Shown here: positions 58,654-64,000 of the stretch, in pieces
Numbering within the stretch: position 1 is the stretch's first letter
Layout of the letters: every line of letters begins with the position of its first letter
Assembly (NCBI RefSeq): GCF_963676685.1
Contig: NC_092353.1
Location: 20,307,307-20,371,306 of the forward strand
Reading direction: 5' to 3'
Origin: Mytilus edulis
Lineage: Eukaryota
DNA: 64,000 nt
Program-made: the position numbers and the translations under genes
The notes under the pieces: generated by a model
Told to the model about the DNA's origin: nothing
What the model saw: the letters and a program-made list of their open reading frames with translations, nothing else
Databases searched by the model: none

Positions 58654-61099
58654 TTAAGAAATTTGGTGTTCAATTTATATATGTAAAGTTGGCTAACAAA
58701 TTGATCTGTGCACTGTATTGTAAATGTTTACATGACCTGTGTGTTCAAAAAGATCCTTTAATATATTTGAATTTGATGACACCAAATCAGTCGGGGCACT
58801 TAGCGAACACCATAATATTATGGAATTGGCTAAATTTGACTGCTTTATAAAAATCCATAATATTATGAGATTAAATAATATTTCCAGTTATATTATGCGT
58901 ATCCATAATTTTGAATATTATTGAATTTCATAATTATGCATGAAAAAATTAAATTTGATGTGTCCGAAAAACAATGTTTTGGGTACTGCTAACAAGTTCC
59001 GTAATTTATTAATCTTAAAATGCTATTTTTATGATCATCTATTGATTATATTCATCCGACAATCGTCGCCTTTCTCGCGTCATATTTAAAATGCTTTCGT
59101 CTTCAATGTCTTTTATCTAGGACAGTATTTTGTACAAGGGAGACAAATCGTGTCGTCTTATAAGCCATATTTTTCTTAAATGTATTATCGTTCCTTAAAC
59201 AATGAATAAATCGTGTTTTAGAAAATAAATGTAGAAAATAAGTGTGTCAGTTGACCTCGTTTTCAATACATTAGTTTTATCAAGGGGAAATGTTACAAAA
59301 AAAATAGTACACATCCTTCAGACGTCTTTATAAATTATAAATGACTATGTACACAATAGGTATAGAAACACATTACTTTCACGTGTTTATATGTCTTGAT
59401 TTGACGAAATTTAATTAATGGTCAGATCCACAAAAACTCATTACATGCAATTGTTATTGTTTCAAATTCAGTTTATGTTGCAGACCGTTTTAATGTTGCT
59501 TATGTGTATTTGTGTATATTGGGTAAGGTGGGTACATTAATTCGAATACACATGCATACAACGTATTTTTTCTGTCACCATCAAATTTGAAATGTTTCTT
59601 TTCAAATCCTTTAAAATTAAAATTGTGTCTGTAAAAGAAAAGTCTCTTGTGTTGTCTTACATGTAAATAAAAATTACATCTTAGAATAAAAATCGAGACA
59701 TCAAGACAGAATTTAAAAAAAAATCATAATCTATAAACATAGGCAGGTAGAAATTAGATATTCATTTTGATGTATTACCAATACATATTTATTTCGACGT
59801 CGGTCAATATTTGATGATAGATACACCTGAGTATTCAAAACAGCACTATGACATGTATGATTGTTATTTTCCTACATAACACGTTGCATATCAAAATTCA
59901 GTTATTGTCCATTTGACTTCTATATATCTGCAGAAAATTTAAAAAAAAAAATTAAGATAACATATTGGTTCTTGAGAACCACAAAATTAATTTATATACA
60001 AGTATAAAAACAGCAGAAGAAATAAATTGTAAATATTAAACTATTTCAAAGCGAAGCAAGGTCATGTAATACAATATTATTTAGTTCAGCAGTATGATTA
60101 ATTGGTAAGAAACAGATGACATAATTTACGTTTGATATGAAAATTTATACACATTGCAGAATGAACTCATAATATTAATGCCTAGTTGAAATTATATCAC
60201 AACATACTAATGGGAGTGCAACCTGTCAAAATAATCTTTTGGAAATAAATATATAAGTACTGTATGAAATGTGGATGATGACTTATGCATGACGACATTT
60301 ATAATAGACTTTTATTTTTGTTTGTTAATATATAATATTAAAATCGAAAAAAAAAAATTCTATTTCTATTTATCCAAATTTATTCGTTGACTTCTTTGCA
60401 CATCATACTAGTCAAAACACGAAGTTTGTTAGTCAAAATATAATATAGAATAATATAAATAAATATATTAAATATTTATAATATAGAGATTTGAACACTC
60501 CAAACAAATATCAATCACTACGTGTTAATCGCAATTCATTGAATGGTAAATCAGTTGATTCAAACAATAAAATATAATATAAAAGCTACGAGAAATGTTG
60601 TATAAAGGTTTAAAAATTGTTCTATTATCTCGGCTAATATTCTAAAACTATAACACCTGTATTCCTTAATTTCCGAATTAAGTAGTATTTTTTATTGAGA
60701 GTAATGACTTATTGCTCCGGATTCACAATAATATGTCCGAGTAGGACGTCATGTCTAATTACATAAAATTGAGATCGAAATAGGGAATATATGTAAAAGA
60801 GACAACACTCCAGCCAGAGAGCAGACAACAGACTGACACTTTGTGAACTAGCAAGACTTGAATCCTGGTCAACATTTAAGAATAGTAAAAAGCCGGGTTG
60901 ATATGGTATTATCGTGATTTGTCGTAAGGAAGCTGTTTTTCTCCAATTTAAGTTTAGACGAGTAAATTCATATAAGATATATGACGTCCCATTGAATTGC
61001 TTTAAACTAATACAATAATATATTACATATATGAATGTTACTTCCTATTAAGTTTACAAAAATGTCGCGCTTACAAAATACTAAAACAATATAACCACT

Positions 61100-61440
61100 C
61101 TCTGTGAAAGATGGGCGACAGATTCCAGAGGGACAGTCAAACTTATAGATCGAAAATAAACTGACAAGGCTATGGCTAAAAAAGAAAAGACAAACATTCA
61201 AATAATAGAACCCAATACACAACACAGAAAGGTAAAAACTGAGCAACACGAACCCCAACGAAAACTGTGGATGATATCAGGTGCTCCGGAAGGGTATGCT
61301 GATCCTGATCCACATGTGGCACCCGTCGTGTTGCTCATGTTATTACAAACCCGGTAAATACTTTAATTCGGTATGTCATATACGTGAAAAGGAAAGGGGA
61401 TTTTAGTTATGAAATAAGGAACATATCCGATATCATCTGT
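61100..61440 (-). mobile_element. Retroelement 3' tail fragment (same family as 6500-6810); a shorter fragment at 61930-62000; flanking ~110 bp direct repeats at 61490-61600 and 62190-62300
   Basis: 'ggacagtcaaacttatagatcgaaaataaactgacaaggctatggctaaaaaag...caggtgctccggaagggtatgctgatcctgatccacatgtggcacccgtcgtgttgctcatgttattacaaacccggtaaatac...ggaacatatccgatatcatctgtaaaacggttaatccataac' aligns to 6520-6860. Confidence 0.5.
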
Positions 61441-62379
61441 AAAACGGTTAATCCATAACTATCATTTATCATCTACAAAATACCACATTTAATAAACATA
61501 CTCTATCGACACCATTCAAACTCTCATCATCTTTGAAAAACTAAAGCTAATAATTGAAGAGTTTTGAAGAAGGCTTATTTTCTTTGGTAAAGTGCTAGTT
61601 ACATTACACCATAACGAATATTATGGTACACCATTATTTAAGATATATTATAAAAATCAATAATAGTATAAGATAGCATAATGTGTGGATTAATATTATG
61701 AAATCAAATAATTTTGGAAATGCTTATAATGCATCAAGATATTAAAAATCGATCATATCGTGATAACGATTTTATTGGAATATGTTTTTGTTTCGGTAGA
61801 CATGTCTAACATTTGGTGCTTTCATAAGATAAACACTGACAATGTTTTGAATTTGACATAGGTAACAATTTATTTAAAAATAAACCATTTATCCGCTAAT
61901 TCATTTACTTTAAAAAAATCATAACTAAAAAACAGGCAAAGGATACCCAGAGGACATAAAAACCCACAAGTCGAAAATAAACTGAATAAGCCATGGCTAA
62001 AAAAGAAAACAAAAAAAAAACACTCTGAAAACAGTAAACATTACAGAAGAATAAAAAAACGTAGACAATTTCATCTAACCTTTACAACATACCCAATTTA
62101 ATAACCATACTCTATCGATGTACTCTTCGATTCTATTATATAAGTGCATTAATTTTAAAGCAATGTACTGATTCGTTCATTCAAATAAAGCAGTCAATAT
62201 AAAAGTTTCGACACCATTCAAACTCTGGTTCATGGACATTTTTATAAAACTTAAGCTTATGATCGAAGAGATTTGCAGAAGGCTTGTTCTCTTTGGTAAA
62301 GTGCTACCCAAAGTATTTTTTCGTGAAAGCAGCATACCATCCGTATATACATTGGACACCCGTTCTGTCCGGACATCTT

Positions 62380-62700
62380 TTTTTTTTTTCATCCGTTAGG
62401 CGTCCGTTCGTGCTATCCGGTAAGGTGTGACCGAAGCACGAACGGACGTCTAACGAATGAAAATAAAAGTTGTCCGTTGACAGAATTGTTATCCGTTGGG
62501 AGTCCGTTGATGTACTGACCGAATACAGCGGACGTGTAACAGATGCCTTACGGACACATACCGGATATGCAAAGTACGAGAAACGGAAACGTACCGGACA
62601 GAACGGATGTCGAACGTACATCCAACGGAAGAGTACCGCATAAAACGCACACCTAACGGAAGCGTACCGGATAAAACGGATGAACAATATATACGGAAAA
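62380..62700. repeat. CpG-rich degenerate repeat cluster built from AACGG / CCGTT-containing ~20 bp motifs
   Basis: 'ccgttaggcgtccgttcgtgctatccgg', 'gaacggacgtctaacgaatg', 'cgttgggagtccgttgatg', 'ggacagaacggatgtcgaacgtacatccaacggaagagtaccgcataaaacgcacacctaacggaagcgtaccggataaaacggatg'. ORF 62304-62783 (-) is judged spurious. Confidence 0.4.
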
Positions 62701-63469
62701 ATTAAAGGCAACAATAATAATACATGTACATCGCATAAATATTCAAAATGTTTAGGTGTAACTGTTTTTGGTTTATTCTTCAAAATACCGCATAAGGTCA
62801 GCGTCTGAAATAAGAGCTGCTTGATTGTGAAGAATCGCCCTTACTTTAAGGTTGATTATGAATAATAAGAATTCATGAACCTTAAGAAATCTGACATACC
62901 AATAATTGGCATTTCTGACGAAAATTTCAATTGGCATATTGTAATGCCGTCAACCCCCCTTTTTGAATATGCTGTGTTATTAAGTACAAATAATAATACG
63001 GAGTTGTCTGTGAGATGATATGCTTTGCATATGAGTGTATTCGATACGCTGATTACACTAAAATTGATTTAATTCTATTGTGTTTCAAGTGATGTTATGA
63101 GTGGAATTTACTCGCGGTGACCAAGTTTGTTCCCGGAGTGCCTGTACCTTTAGTTCTGTTGTATATTTGAGATATTAACCTTTTTCATGTGTTCCTAAGT
63201 TATCCTGTTGGTGTAATAACCTTCATGATGAATACATATGTTAGTTCTTAATGATTTTAAGCTGGAAAACATCTTTATTTACATAAAATGTCCAGTGTTT
63301 ACATTTTGAATTGCCATTTCGGGAATTTCCCTAATTAGAGAGATGGTTGCTGATTGGTCCGACTTATGTAAGAGGGTCTGTGATTGGCTGACATTCTTAT
63401 AAAACTAAAATGATCAACTACGGAAAGCAGTAATTGTTGTGGTTTGGAATTGAATGTTATGAAACACCA

Positions 63470-63800
63470 AACTTGAAATCTCGGAGAATTTAGGAGGAAA
63501 TTAGGAGACGAATTAGGGAGACATTAGGAGGAAATTAAGGAGACAATTCGGGAGACATTAGTAGGAAAATAGGAGACTTTAGGAGGAAATTAAGGAGACA
63601 ATTAAGGAGACATTAGGAGGAAAATAGGAGACTTTAGGAGGAAATTAAGGAGACAATTAGGGAGACATTAGGAGGAAATTAGGAGACTTTAGGAGGAAAT
63701 TAAGGAGACAATTAGGGAGACATTAGGAGGAAATTAAGGAGACGAATTTGGGAGACATTAGGAGGAAATTAAGGAGACGAATTTGGGAGAAGCTGGGAGT
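63470..63800. repeat. Purine-rich ~33/66 bp tandem repeat, ~10 units
   Basis: 'ttaggaggaaattaaggagacaattagggagaca' repeated with variants. Confidence 0.75.
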
Positions 63801-64000
63801 AAATCTCGGTGACTCAGTTTGGGTGGTAATAGTTGGTGACAATATATGTAGAGGGTAAATTATACCTATAGTTTTAATTAGTCAAAGAAATATATGTCTT
63901 GGTGACGATAATAACCACTAGTATTTATATACAGATGGTTATTTTAAACAGATGTTGTTGAATTAAGGCTACATAATTTTATAGGTGTTCTTTTATTGAG

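Noticed and set aside
62304-62783. 159-aa ORF across the CpG-rich AACGG block
   Set aside because: The sequence is a degenerate repeat. The translated product is low-complexity with no recognisable motif.
1-64000. Prokaryote-style novel system (defence island, operon, CRISPR-Cas, toxin-antitoxin)
   Set aside because: The window shows spliced exons with GT/AG introns, SINEs, satellites and eukaryotic DNA transposons. No operon-like gene packing, ribosome-binding sites or bacterial gene families were seen.

Overview
This window reads as eukaryotic nuclear DNA, not prokaryotic. It is AT-rich, dense in interspersed and tandem repeats, and carries spliced, phase-consistent exons with GT/AG boundaries. 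A ~190 bp SINE-like repeat ending in ...GTTGTCTCATTGGCAATCATACCACATCT recurs at least 10 times; from memory this suggests a bivalve (mytilid-like) genome, but that is not verified. No operons, CRISPR arrays, rRNA genes or bona fide tRNA genes are supported.

Four protein-coding elements are supported, all on the minus strand. First, a multi-exon VIT plus von Willebrand A gene (VWA5A-like) runs from about 57.5 kb down to about 44 kb; I mapped about 13 exons with mutually consistent splice phases. Second, a divergent 14-3-3-like gene has at least 2 exons at 39.5-40.3 kb. Third, an actin-like exon with an acidic N-terminal extension lies at 38.2-38.6 kb. Fourth, a 1.35 kb exon encodes a proline-rich, FH1-like repeat domain at 33.5-34.9 kb. 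The last three are phase-compatible with one another, so a chimeric transcript is possible but unproven.

The rest of the window is a transposable-element landscape:
- An internally deleted hAT transposon with perfect 12 bp TIRs and an 8 bp TSD.
- A piggyBac-like MITE with TTAA TSDs.
- Penelope-like or LINE-like reverse-transcriptase elements, including a head-to-head pair and several tail fragments.
- tRNA-derived SINE heads.
- Foldback and palindromic MITE candidates.
- Two families of non-autonomous elements that carry internal tandem arrays and end in a microsatellite, a hairpin and a short tail (Helentron-like architecture). One family copy carries a 166 bp satellite with a 332 bp higher-order repeat inside a VWA5A-like intron.
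- Several minisatellites, including a ~3 kb cluster built on the palindromic core AAGATATCTT.

Most ORFs in the supplied six-frame track are artefacts: tandem-repeat read-through, antisense of low-complexity coding sequence, or ORFs opened by GTG/TTG starts. I found no evidence for a novel prokaryote-style biological system. The most interesting items are the tandem-repeat-carrying element families and the phase-compatible 14-3-3 / actin-like / proline-rich exon chain.
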